Positions 1 through 11,948 of a stretch of 64,000 nucleotides of DNA are shown here, in pieces. The notes beneath the pieces were generated by a model. That model worked only from the letters and a program-made list of their open reading frames with translations. It searched no databases and had not been told where the DNA came from. Source of the stretch: Eledone cirrhosa (lineage: Eukaryota); the NCBI GenBank assembly GCA_964016885.1, contig OZ024764.1, positions 2,480,001-2,544,000 of the forward strand, in the 5' to 3' direction. Numbering within the stretch: the stretch's first letter is position 1; every line of letters starts with the position of its first letter. The translations under genes were made by a program, and so were the position numbers.

Positions 1-2237
1 ATACAATAGTATATATAGAGTAATGTAAATGTTATGTGAGATATTATGTGAGGTAAAGCCTTTACTGTGACAATACAATAGTATATATAGAGTAAGGTAA
101 ATGTTATGTGAGATATTATGTGAGGTAAAGCCTTTACTGTGACAATACAATAGTATATATAGAGTAATGTAAATGTTATGTGAGATATTATGTGAGGTAA
201 AGCCTTTACTGTGAAAATACAATAGTATATATAGAGTAATGTAAATGTTATGTGAGATATTATGTGAGGTAAAGCCTTTACTGTGACAATACAATAGTAT
301 ATATAGAGTAATGTAAATGTTATGTGAGATATTATGTGAGGTAAAGCCTTTACTGTGACAATACAATAGTATATATAGAGTAATGTAGATGTTATGTGAG
401 ATATTATGTGAGGTAAAGCCTTTACTGTGACAATACAATAGTATATATAGAGTAATGTAGATGTTATGTGAGATATTATGTGAGGTAAAGCCTTTACTGT
501 GAAAATACAACAGTATATATAGAGTAATGTAAATATTATGTGAGGTAAAGCCTTTACTGTGAAAATACAACAGTATATATAGAGTAATGTAAATATTATG
601 TGAGGTAAAGCCTTTACTGTGAAAATACAATAGCATATACAGAGTAATGTAAATGTTATGTGAGATATTATGTGAGGTAAAGCCTTTACTGTGAAAATAC
701 AATAGTATATATAGAGTAATGTAAATGTTATGTGAGATATTATGTGAGGTAAAGCCTTTACTGTGAAAATACAATAGTATATATAGAGTAATGTAAATGT
801 TATGTGAGGTAAAGCCTTTACTGTGAAAATACAATAGTATATATAGAGTAATGTAAATGTTATGTGAGATATTATGTGAGGTAAAGCCTTTACTGTGAAA
901 ATACAACAGTATATATAGAGTAATGTAAATATTATGTGAGGTAAAGCCTTTACTGTGAAAATACAATAGCATATACAGAGTAATGTAAATGTTATGTGAG
1001 ATATTATGTGAGGTAAAGCCTTTACTGTGAAAATACAATAGTATATATAGAGTAATGTAAATGTTATGTGAGATATTATGTGAGGTAAAGTCTTTACTGT
1101 GAAAATACAATAGTATATATAGAGTAATGTAAATGTTATGTGAGATATTATGTGAGGTAAAGCCTTTACTGTGAAAATACAACAGTATATATAGAGTAAT
1201 GTAAATATTATGTGAGGTAAAGTCTTTACTGTGAAAATAGAATAGTATATATAGAGTAATGTAAATGTTATGTGAGATATTATGTGAGGTAAAGCCTTTA
1301 CTGTGAAAATACAATAGTATATATAGAGTAATGTAAATGTTATGTGAGGTAAAGTCTTTACTGTGAAAATACAATAGTATATATAGAGCAATGTAAATGT
1401 TATGTGAGGTAAAGCCTTTACTGTGAAAATACAATAGTATATATAGAGTAATGTAAATGTTATGTGAGGTAAAGCCTTTACTGTGAAAATACAATAGTAT
1501 ATACAGAGTAATGTAAATGTTATGTGAGATATTATGTGAGGTAAATCCTTTACTGTGAAAATACTATAGTATATATAGAGTAATGTAAATGTTATGTGAG
1601 ATATGTGAAGTAAAGCCTTTACTGTGAAAATACAATAGTATATATAGAGTAATGTAAATGTTATGTGAGGTAAAGCCTTTACTGTGAAAATACAATAGTA
1701 TATATAGAGTAATGTAAATGTTATGTGAGATATTATGTGAGGTAAAGCCTTTACTGTGAAAATACAATAGTATATATAGAGTAATGTAAATGTTATGTGA
1801 GATAAAGTCTTTACTGTGAAAATACAATAGTATATATAGAGTAATGTAAATGTTATGTGAGGTAAAGCCTTTACTGTGAAAATACAATAGTATATATATA
1901 GAGTAATGTAAATGTTATGTGAGATAAAGCCTTTACTGTGAAAATACAATAGTATATATAGAGTAATGTAAATGTTATGTGAGGTAAAGCCTTTACTGTG
2001 AAAATACAATAGTATATATAGAGTAATGTAAATGTTATGTGAGGTAAAGCCTTTACTGTGAAAATACAATAGTATATATAGAGTAATGTAAATGTTATGT
2101 GAGGTAAAGCCTTTACTGTGACAATACAATAGTATATATAGAGTAATGTAAATGTTATGTGAGATATTATGTGAGCTAAAGCCTTTACTGTGAAAATACA
2201 ATAGTATATAAAGAGTAATGTAAATGCTAAAGGGTTA
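1..2237 (+). repeat. 72-bp (with 60-bp variant) satellite array ending in a piggyBac-like terminal repeat
   Basis: Unit ATACAATAGTATATATAGAGTAATGTAAATGTTATGTGAGATATTATGTGAGGTAAAGCCTTTACTGTGA(A/C)A. The array ends in TAAATGCTAAAGGGTTA, the reverse complement of the TAACCCTTTAGCATTTA end at ~44533. Lies in a PRPF8 intron. Confidence 0.9.
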
Positions 2238-2239
2238 GC

Positions 2240-2725
2240 TAGGCTTCTATAAGGTTGTATCTTATAGGAGATTTCTTGGGTGCTTTAATGATAGGGATCT
2301 TAGTCCTATCATGTCGTATCTCATAGATTTCTTTGGTGTTTTAATGATAGAGGCTCCAGTCATATCCTGTTTCAGACAGGAAATTTATTGCGCGTGTTAA
2401 TAAAAGGGACCCCAGTCCTATCATGTTACAGTTCACACCTATGTAGGTTTAGCTGGCCTCCTACAGGGTTGTATCTCATGGAAAGTTTCTTGAGTGTTTT
2501 AATGATAGGGACCCACCCCAGTCTTATGCTGGTACACCTCACACCTATGTAGGTTTTACTGGCCTCCCAAAAGGTTCTATCTCATAGGAGGTTTCTTGGA
2601 TGTTTTAAAGATAGGGGACCCAATCCTATCATGTTATTACAGCTCACACCTATGTAGGTTTAGCTGGCCTCTTTTTTCAGAGGTCTGTTTGATATATTTT
2701 AATAAAAAGGCCCCAGTGCTATCAT
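2240..2725. repeat. Diverged tandem copies of a dispersed ~110-120 bp module
   Basis: Module TTTTAATGATAGGGACCCCAGTCCTATCATG...CACACCTATGTAGGTTTAGCTGGCCTCC; also at 10660-11940 and 52960-53275. Confidence 0.7.
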
Positions 2726-2810
2726 ACACACACATATGTATGTGTGTGTGTGTGTAGGGGTCCTAGTCCTGTCACACCCCACACATGGTAATGATTAACA
2801 TGACACTTAC

Positions 2811-2975
2811 CCCCATTGGGCGATGTAGATAGGCTCAACAACCCATGGGATCTCATTGACAAATGTAATGGCCCCTGTGATGTGATAGAGGACCTTCACA
2901 TCCCGGATCTGTTCCCAGGGCATCGGCATATTCTCCAACAGTTTCATGACAGCGTGGGGCATATATTTGAGGGCC
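2811..2975 (-). CDS. PRPF8: Pre-mRNA-processing-splicing factor 8, coding exon 3
   Basis: (G)[54 protein letters not shown](G), the conserved PRP8 N-terminus. Acceptor TGCAG, donor GTAAGT; phase matches the previous exon. Confidence 0.97.
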
Positions 2976-3011
2976 CTGCAATAAAATACATAAAAAATAA
3001 ACATTACAACA

Positions 3012-3974
3012 CAAACGCTTTCATTACCCTATTCCTAATAAACCCTTTCATTACCCTATTCCTAATAAACCCTTTCATTACCATATTCCTACTAAACCCT
3101 TTCATTACCATATTCCTAATAAACCCTTTCCTTGCCCTATTCCTAATAAACCCTTTCCTTACCATATTCCTAATAAACCCTTTCATTACCCTATTCCTAA
3201 TAAACCCTTTCATTACCCTATTCCTAATAAACCCTTTCATTACCCTATTCCTAATAAACCCTTTCATTACCCTATTCCTAATAAACCCTTTCATTACCCT
3301 ATTCCTAATAAACGCTTTCATTACCATATTCCTAATAAACCCTTTCATTACCCTATTCCTAATAAACCCTTTCCTTACCCTATTACTAATAAACCCTATC
3401 ATTACCCTATTCCTAATAAACCCTTTCATTACCCTATTCCTAATAAACCCTTTCATTACCCTATTCCTAATAAACCCTTTCCTTACCCTATTACTAATAA
3501 ACCCTTTCATTACCCTATTCCTAATAAACCCTTTCATTACCCTATTCCTAATAAACCCTTTCATTACCCTATTCCTAATAAACCCTTTCCCTACCCTATT
3601 CCTAATAAACCCTTTTCTTACCCTATTCCTAATAAACCCTTTCATTACCATATTCCTACTAAACCCTTTCATTACCATATTCCTAATAAACCCTTTCCTT
3701 GCCCTATTCCTAATAAACCCTTTCCTTACCATATTCCTAATAAACCCTTTCATTACCCTATTCCTAATAAACCCTTTCCTTACCCTATTACTAATAAACC
3801 CTATCATTACCCTATTCCTAATAAACCCTTTCATTACCCTATTCCTAATAAACCCTTTCATTACCATATTCCTACTAAACCCTTTCATTACCATATTCCT
3901 AATAAACCCTTTCCTTACCCTATTCCTAATAAACCCTTTCATTACCCTATTCCTAATAAACCCTTTCATTACCT
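3012..3974. repeat. 27-bp minisatellite, left part
   Basis: Unit AAACCCTTTCATTACC(C/A)TATTCCTAAT, about 35 copies; resumes at 4923. Confidence 0.95.
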
Positions 3975-4922
3975 TCTATAATATAATAAAGTAAGGAATG
4001 TGGGACTGTGTCCCAAATATATTTTTTTATCCCGTTAGTAAAATAAGTTGGATTACTTTGAATAAATAATGAATATTACATAATCTATCTACTAAATTTC
4101 CTAGCTGTTGATTAAACATAAATATTCTTATATATAATGATTGCTTATTTTAAGATTCACTTCTTTAAAAATGTTCAAATGTTAACACTTCCAGTTAGCG
4201 TCCGTTATATCATAACACTTATTACATCGCTTATGTAAACATCAATATATTTGCATCGTTATATAAGGTTTCATTACATGTCACCGTAATGCAGTTTATA
4301 TATAATATCGTCTTTTTTTAAATGTATCATGGATTACTTTACTGATTACAGAAGACAGTGTAACACAGTCTCTCTTCAATTTCTGTGTATATTGTCAATT
4401 ACAATGTAGAAGATCACGCCACCTAGCCTTGACTTTGTAGGCAGTCAATTAACTGCCCTTAGTTCTGACGTCAGTAGCTGAATAAACTCTCTCGTCGACT
4501 GCTGTCTCGAGAGGCGAACGGACGCATTTTCACGATGCCGAAACAGCGATAGCACACCATACAGTCAAGGGATAATTACCAATTACCAACCTAGGAACAA
4601 CTGATATGATAACCTGTTTTGTTAGTCGCTCTGATTAAAATACTCATGTATATATAATCTCGAGGTAGGTTTTTTTTATTTGGTTAATTGTGTACCTACA
4701 CCTTAACAACAATTAGAAGAGATGTTCTACCAGCCAAGCTAGGGAAACGAACTCCCCTCTAAATCATAAAAAAACAACGCAGCCTTCTAAAATGGTGAAC
4801 ACCTCTCCTAAAACAATTTTATTTGATGTATCTACATGTATATATATTTGCATATAATATCAATATACACACTACACATGCTAGCAGAAAACTGCTCAGA
4901 GGGTGGTTTTTTTTTCTACTAG
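3975..4922 (+). mobile_element. Non-autonomous Helitron-like element inserted in the 27-bp array
   Basis: Starts TCTATAATATAATAAAG; ends with imperfect hairpin AAAACTGCTCAGAGGGTGGTTTT then CTAG|T. Removing it restores the 27-bp register with no TSD. A partial reverse copy lies at ~13700-13965. Confidence 0.65.
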
Positions 4923-5312
4923 TATTCCTAATAAACCCTTTCATTACCATATTCCTAATAAACCTTTTCATTACCATATTCCTAATAAACCTTTTCATTA
5001 CCATATTCTTAATAAACCTTTACATTACCATATTCCTAATAAACCTTTTCATTACCATATTCCTAATAAACCTTTTCATTACCATATTCCTAATAAACCT
5101 TTACATTACCATATTCTTAATAAACCTTTACATTACCATATTCCTAATAAACCCTTTCATTACCATATTCCTAATAAACCTTTTCATTACCATATTCCTA
5201 ATAAACCTTTTCATTACCATATTCCTAATAAACCTTTACATTACCATATTCCTAATAAACCTTTTCATTACCATATTCCTAATGAACCCTTCCATTACCA
5301 TATTCCTAATGA
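4923..5312. repeat. 27-bp minisatellite, right part
   Basis: Same unit as 3012-3974, about 14 copies. Confidence 0.95.
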
Positions 5313-5354
5313 ATCTATCTGCTCCTACCCAGAGATCTGTGACTATATACTTAC

Positions 5355-5523
5355 CCTAAATAAACTCTTTTGTCGTGTCGGAACTTCCTGTTAGTCATGT
5401 CGCCGTGGTCTCGGATAATCTTCCGGACATGCTCTGGTGGCATCTCTTCTTTCTGTGCATCCACAAATCCAAACTTTCGTTTGTCTGCATATCTCTTTGA
5501 TTGCAACTGTTGCCATTTACGAG
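5355..5523 (-). CDS. PRPF8: PRPF8 coding exon 2
   Basis: (A)[55 protein letters not shown](G); acceptor TCTCAG, donor GTAAGT. Confidence 0.97.
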
Positions 5524-5599
5524 CTGAGAAACAAAAAACAAAAAAGAACGCAATAATTGAACAGAAAATGTCTAAAAATAAGTTAATTTAAATTTATAA

Positions 5600-6783
5600 T
5601 CTTTACTGGGGGACAGATTGTTGTGAATATTTACAGTATTACAGTAAAGACTAATATTTAATGTGATGTAGTCAGTGTTGTTTTGTACTAAATGTTTATA
5701 GTATCTTTACTGGTGGACAGATTGTTGTGAATATTTACAGTATTACAGTAAAGACTAATATTTAATGTGATGTAGTCAGTGTTGTTTTGTACTAAATGTT
5801 TATAGTATCTTTACTGGTGGACAGATTGTTGTGAATATTTACAGTATTACAGTAAAGACTAATATTTAATGTGATGTAGTCAGTGTTGTTTTGTACTAAA
5901 TGTTTATAGTATCTTTACTGGTGGACAGATTGTTGTGAAAATTTACAGTATTACAGTAAAGACTTTAATATTTAATGTGATGTAGTCATAGTGTTGTTTT
6001 GTACTAAATGTTTATAGTATCTTTACTGGTAGACAGATTGTTGTGAAAATTTACAGTATTACAGTAAAGACTTTAATATTTAATGTGATGTAGTCATAGT
6101 GTTGTTTTGTACTAAATGTTTATAGTATCTTTACTAGTGGACAGATTGTTGTGAAAATTTACAGTATTACAGTAAAGACTTTAATATTTAATGTGATGTA
6201 GTCATAGTGTTGTTTTGTACTAAATGTTTATAGTATCTTTACTAGTGGACAGATTGTTGTGAAAATTTACAGTATTACAGTAAAGACTTTAATATTTAAT
6301 GTGATGTAGTCATAGTGTTGTTTTGTACTAAATGTTTATAGTATCTTTACTAGAGGACAGATTGTTGTGAAAATTTACAGTATTACAGTAAAGACTTTAA
6401 TATTTAATGTGATGTAGTCATAGTGTTGTTTTGTACTAAATGTTTATAGTATCTTTACTAGTGGACAGATTGTTGTGAAAATTTACAGTATTACAGTAAA
6501 GACTTTAATATTTAATGTGATGTAGTCATAGTGTTGTTTTGTACTAAATGTTTATAGTATCTTTACTAGTGGACAGATTGTTGTGAAAATTTACAGTATT
6601 ACAGTAAAGACTTTAATATTTAATGTGATGTAGTCATAGTGTTGTTTTGTACTAAATGTTTATAGTATCTTTACTGGTGGACAGATTGTTGTGAAAATTT
6701 ACAGTATTACAGTAAAGACTTTAATATTTAATGTGATGTAGTCATAGTGTTGTTTTGTACTAAATGTTTATAGTATCTTTACT
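5600..6783. repeat. 104-108 bp tandem repeat filling a PRPF8 intron
   Basis: Unit CTTTACTGGTGGACAGATTGTTGTGAA...TAAATGTTTATAGTAT, about 11 copies. Confidence 0.95.
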
Positions 6784-6834
6784 AAAGTACATCTTGGAGT
6801 GATGAGTTGGGAGAATGGAAAGGGGTTTACATAC

Positions 6835-7051
6835 CTTTCTCCTGGAGCTTCTCCTCTGACATATAATCCGGAGGTTTCGGCTGCACGGGTTGTGGTGGTG
6901 GCTGTGGGAGTGGAGGCAATTGTGGGGGTGGTTGGGGCTGCATTTGTGGTGCCAGCTGCATCTGCATTGGCTGTTGACCAGTGATCAACACCGGCTGACC
7001 GGTCAACAACAGGGGCTGACCCGTAGGGGTAAACACGTAAGGAAACGCCAT
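6835..7051 (-). CDS. PRPF8: PRPF8 coding exon 1 (exon probably spans 6835-7102 including 5' UTR)
   Basis: MAFPYVF...PPDYMSEEKLQEK matches the PRP8 start (human ...PDYMSEEKLQEKARKW). Donor GTATGT; upstream acceptor TCTCTGCAG at 7103. Confidence 0.93.
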
Positions 7052-7627
7052 CGTAACCCCTACTACTTCTCCGCTCACAAACTAAAGCTGTACCAGGTTA
7101 ACCTGCAGAGAAAAATAAAAATGAAATAATGGTTTCTGACGTAGGAACAAAGCCAATATTTTGGGGGCAGGGGAAAGTTGATTAAATCAACCCCAGTACA
7201 TTACTGGTACTATATATTTATTAAAGATATAATATTGACCCCATCTAACAAAGCACTCTGAATTATAACTGAGGCAGGCTAGAGGACTATGTCACATAAC
7301 CTCTCTTGTGCTAGTGACATGATAAAATACACCCAGTCCAGGCTGTAAAGTGGGTGATGCTAGGAAGGGCATCCAGCTCCAGACAAACCCTGGTAAAAAC
7401 TATGGCAAGCACAACATAACAATAAAAAATGTGTCCCTATATTTATATGGTGTGTATATCTATCTAGAGCTGTACGGGAGCCTCCCAAAAGTGACAGAGG
7501 AGACTGAGGTTAGCTGGACATGCTCACCGACATCCAGAGTTGACACTGCACTCAGTGCACCTACATGGACACACTGGAAGAGGGAGACCAAGGTTGACAT
7601 ATGCATATACATTTATATATATATATA

Positions 7628-8020
7628 TACATTACTCTATATATACTATTGTATTTTCACAGTAAAAGCTTTACCTCACATAATATCTCATAACATTTAC
7701 ATTACTCTATATATACTATTGTATTTTCACAGTAAAGGCTTTACCTCACATAATATCTCACATAACATTTACATTACTCTATATATACTATTGTATTTTC
7801 ACAGTAAAGTCTTTACCTCACATAACATTTACATTACTCTATATATATACTATTGTATTTTCACAGTAAAGGCTTTACCTCACATAATATCGAATCTATG
7901 AGATTTTGAAAGTATTTATTTTGAGAACAATACCTTAATATCAGTTTGAGCGACCAGTTCCAGCCAGTTTCAACAGAAAGAGGTAGAGAATTGTGGCCGG
8001 TTTGAACATTAAAGGGTTAA
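7628..8020 (-). mobile_element. piggyBac-like MITE copy with about 3-4 units of the 72-bp satellite
   Basis: Minus strand starts TTAACCCTTTAATGTTCAAA, follows the same ~140-bp leader as 44533, then satellite units. Confidence 0.7.
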
Positions 8021-8246
8021 GGTTTCAAGGTCCAGTAATGACCATATCTTTAGATTGTAAAGGATCAGAATTGTGGCCTAATCTTGAAACCTTGTTCCGT
8101 GTATGAGCATAAATAAATAAATACTATATCATATGTATATATTTGTAATTGGACAATATTTAATATTACCCACTCTACTACCCCAAGTATTGAGCACTCT
8201 GATGGTTATGGTCCACCTGGTATCTTACCACACCTCTTTGTTATAT

Positions 8247-8578
8247 ATATGGCTTAGTGGTTAGAGCATTGGCATTGCAATCGAAAGGTTGTGAGTTCAA
8301 TTCTCGGACCGGGTGATGTGTTGTTTCCTTGAGCGAGAGACTTTATTTCACATTGCTCCAGTTTACTCAGCTGTAGAAATGAGATGATAGGGACTGGGGT
8401 CCCTATCATTTCACTGCAAAGTGGTTGTGGAGGTGCCACGGCAAAAAAGCAGCCAGCACTCACTGTAAATGAGGTTGGTGTTAGGAAGGGCATCCAGCTG
8501 TAGAAATAAAGCCGAATCAGTTCCCGTCCCACCCTTGCAAGCAGGGAAAAGCGGACGTATGACGATGATGATGATGAT
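8247..8578 (+). mobile_element. tRNA-derived SINE family 1 (CORE-like body, RTE-type tail)
   Basis: A-box TGGCTTAGTGG, B-box GAGTTCAATTC, TTCCTTGAGC(A/G)AGACACTT body, tail CCCACCCTTGCAAGCAGGGAAAAGCGGACGT(ATG)n. Confidence 0.85.
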
Positions 8579-9026
8579 AACAAATAGTTTATCGCTCTAC
8601 ATGGCTGAATACAATAAATGTAATCTGAGTTTTTCGAATATTAATGATAATATTCGATTCGTTTGCAATTATGCAAACAGCCTCTTTAAAGCCATGTCAG
8701 TAGAATGGCCCCAGGAGGGGGGGGGGGGGGTGATCCCGGCCGCGGCGCCAAGCGGTTCCAGCTTGTGTTCAGCAGAAATATATATATATTGAGTGCTTCC
8801 AATCTACTGTAAAACTCATTCTTTGACATAATCATCGAATATTGTTTAACAACTTAATACTTATATATATATAAGTTCCCTTATATATATATATATATAA
8901 GTTCCCTTATATATATATATCAGTTCCCGTCCCACCCTTGCAAGCAGGGAAAAAGTGGACGTAAAATGAAATGATAATGATGATAAAGAACAGAAGAGCG
9001 TCTACAACATCAAAAGATTTTTATTG

Positions 9027-9071
9027 GCTTACAATGTTTCTTCCTTACGTAACCGTAGGGTTCGTCAGAGC
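9027..9071 (-). ncRNA. Minimal type I hammerhead ribozyme-like motif (Penelope-type)
   Basis: Minus strand GCT-CTGACGA-ACCCTACGGTTACGTAAGGAA-GAAA-CATTG-TA^AGC; stem I GCT/AGC, predicted GUA cleavage triplet. Confidence 0.55.
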
Positions 9072-9993
9072 TATAAAGGGGGTTTGATTGGTGTTATGGA
9101 CTCTACCAACCAAACATTCAAGAACAAAGAGTAAAGAGAGTAAAGAGCAAAGTCCTGGATGGGGTTGGGATGTTCTTGAGTGATATAGGTAGGTAGTCTT
9201 TAGTTAGCATGCTGCCAATCAATTATAATCATACACACAAGGTGGACAGGTTATAAGGATTAAGCTCAACCGGGGGGGAGCCGTAGAAATATACATAATA
9301 AAACATATTCATTTATTTATATTTTGAATAACATATATATATATATATTGTAACGTCCAGTTACTGTATGTTCTCCAGACTGACCACTCGATGTGTAATT
9401 TCCAGTAGGTATATTGGTGTAGTACTAATAAAAAGGACCAAGTCGGACGAGCTTCTTATTAGAGGGTCGAGCCAGATCGAACCTTCAGTTGATCAATGCC
9501 GAAACGCTCGTCAAACGCAATAAAGACATAACACTTCGTCCTTTTTATTATTATTAGTATATATATATTTATTTAATTATATAATTAAATAATTCTGTAC
9601 TATACATAGAGCAGTCTTCTTTCCTTTACCTTTTCTACTTAACACATAACATATATATATATATACACACACACACACGTGTATATAAGGGACACAAAGC
9701 AATCACTAACGATCATATTATGAATCTATGTTCCCACCCTACATATATGTATAAGTATTCTGTGGTGTATATGTGTATATACATATATACACATACATAT
9801 ATATAAATACATAATATAATACAATAGACTGAAACCAGAAATGCCGCCGCCCGGGGGTGAAATACAAACCAGATTATATTTAACTATATATATAAACAAA
9901 TCATCAAAGATGTCCTTTAAAAACCATGCAACACGAACTCCAGACTCTTAATTATTAATTGTCCGTGTAATATAATAAAAAAAATTAATTAAA

Positions 9994-10125
9994 TCTCACC
10001 AAAATACAGCAAATCTCTCCAAATCGTCTGAAAAATTATTTCATTTAACACAAAATACAGATTTCTATGAAATGAAAGTATGGCGGTGATCTTGACACAC
10101 TTCCGGTTATACCACTTCCGCTTTA
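9994..10125 (-). promoter_or_regulatory. Probable PRPF8 promoter and non-coding first exon
   Basis: Two ETS/GABP-like motifs (ACTTCCGG ~10099, ACTTCCG ~10114), YY1-like ATGGCGG at 10080, and a minus-strand donor G|GTGAGA at 9994-10000 upstream of the 7103 acceptor. Confidence 0.5.
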
Positions 10126-10399
10126 CTTTCGTATTTTTCGATTTTTTTTTATTTTATGAATATTATTATTTTTTTTATTGAATATATCATGTAAATAGAG
10201 TTTAATAGATAAAGATAAACAAAAGATTTGGATTGAGAAGAATTGAATTTAAAATAGGAAAATGTAAAATAGGAAACTAAGAAAATAGTTTATTAGTTTT
10301 ATTTTTTACCAAAGAACGATAACTCTTTGTTTATGATCAAAGAAAAATAACTCTGTATGGAATAAATCTATTTGTTATATCTGTCTATTTATGAAATAG

Positions 10400-10583
10400 T
10401 AATAATTTCTACTTTTGGCACAAGGCCATCAATTACCCAGTGCAGTACTGGTACTTTATTTTATCGACACCGTAAGGATGAAAGGCAAAGTTAACCTCGG
10501 TGGGATTTGAACTCAGAGCGTAAAGGGGCGTAACTCTATTCTGCAAAGCATGACGTCCGACCTTCTACCGATACTGCCAATCC
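10400..10583 (-). mobile_element. tRNA-derived SINE family 2 (Nin/Deu-like domain)
   Basis: Minus strand GTGGATTGGCAGTATCGGTAG...GAGTTCAAATCCC...ACTTTGCCTTTCATCCTTACGG...GATAAAATAAAGTACCAG...GGCCTTGTGCCAAAAGTAGAAA. Confidence 0.8.
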
Positions 10584-10794
10584 ACAGTGCTCAGGTGCAC
10601 TACAATGCACCAAACATGCATGTATAGTACATAGAATAATGTAAAAATCATAGATTTCTCGGGTATTTTAATGATAGAGGTCCCCTGTACTATTCGGTTT
10701 AGCTGGCCTCCTACTAGGTTATCTGATAAGATATTTTCCAGGTGTTTTAATGATAGGGCTCCCTGTACTATCATGTTACAGACCCTAACAAAGC

Positions 10795-11360
10795 AGGTTT
10801 AACTGGCCTACTACGAGGTTATATCATAGGAATTTTCCAAGTTGTTTTAATGATAAGAGACCCTGTACTACCAGGTTTAGCTGGCCTACTACGAGGTTAT
10901 ATCATAGGAAATTTCCAAGTTGTTTTAATGATAAGAGACCCTGTACTACCAGGTTTAGCTGGCCTACTACGAGGTTATATCATAGGAAATTTCCAAGTTG
11001 TTTTAATAAGAGACCCTGTACTACCAGGTTTAGCTGGCCTACTACGAGGTTATATCTTAGGAAATTTCCAAGTTGTTTTAATGATAAGAGACCCTGTACT
11101 ACCAGGTTTAGCTGGCCTACTACGAGGTTATATCATAGGAAATTTCCAAGTTGTTTTAATTATAAGAGACCCTGTACTACCAGGTTTAGCTGGCCTACTA
11201 CGAGGTTATATCATAGGAAATTTCCAAGTTGTTTTAATTATAAGAGACCCTGTACTACCAGGTTTAGCTGGCCTACTACGAGGTTATATCATAGGAAATT
11301 TCCAAGTTGTTTTAATAAGAGACCCTGTACTACCAGGTTTAGCTGGCCTACTACGAGGTT
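10795..11360. repeat. 78-bp tandem repeat expanded within the dispersed module
   Basis: About 7 near-identical copies; the 213-aa ORF has a 26-aa period. Confidence 0.9.
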
Positions 11361-11948
11361 GTTATATCATAGATTTCCCGGGTGTTTTAATGATAGGGAT
11401 CCCTGTACTATCATGTTACAACCCCTACCAATATAGGTTCAGCTGGCCTCCTACAATTTCAGAAGCCTATCATAAAAAAGACCTATTATAAAAATCAAGG
11501 TTATCTCATAGGAAATTTTCTAGGTGTTTTAATGATAGGCTCCATTGGACTATCATGTTGTTACAACCCCTATCAATGCAGGTTTAGCTACCCTCCTACG
11601 AGGTTGTATCTCATAGGAGGTTTCTGAAGTGTTTTAATGATAGGGGCCCTAAACTTACCATGTTCTGACAACACACACCTATGTAGGTTTAGCAGGCTTC
11701 ATGCAATGTCGTACTTCATAGGAGGACACTTGGGTGTTTTAATGAAAGGCACGCCTGTCATATCTTACAATTATAACACACACCTGTGTAGGTTTAGCTG
11801 GCCCCTACGTGATTGTATCTCGTAGATTTTTGTGGGTGTTTAAAGCCTCTATCTTGTATTGTCACAGCTCACACCTATGTAGTGTAGCTGACCTTCTACG
11901 AGGTTTCCTCATATGAGGAGGTTTTTCTTCTCAGGTGTTTCAGTAATA

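Noticed and set aside
2816-3994. 392-aa and 321-aa ORFs
   Set aside because: 27-bp minisatellite read-through plus the antisense of a PRPF8 exon.
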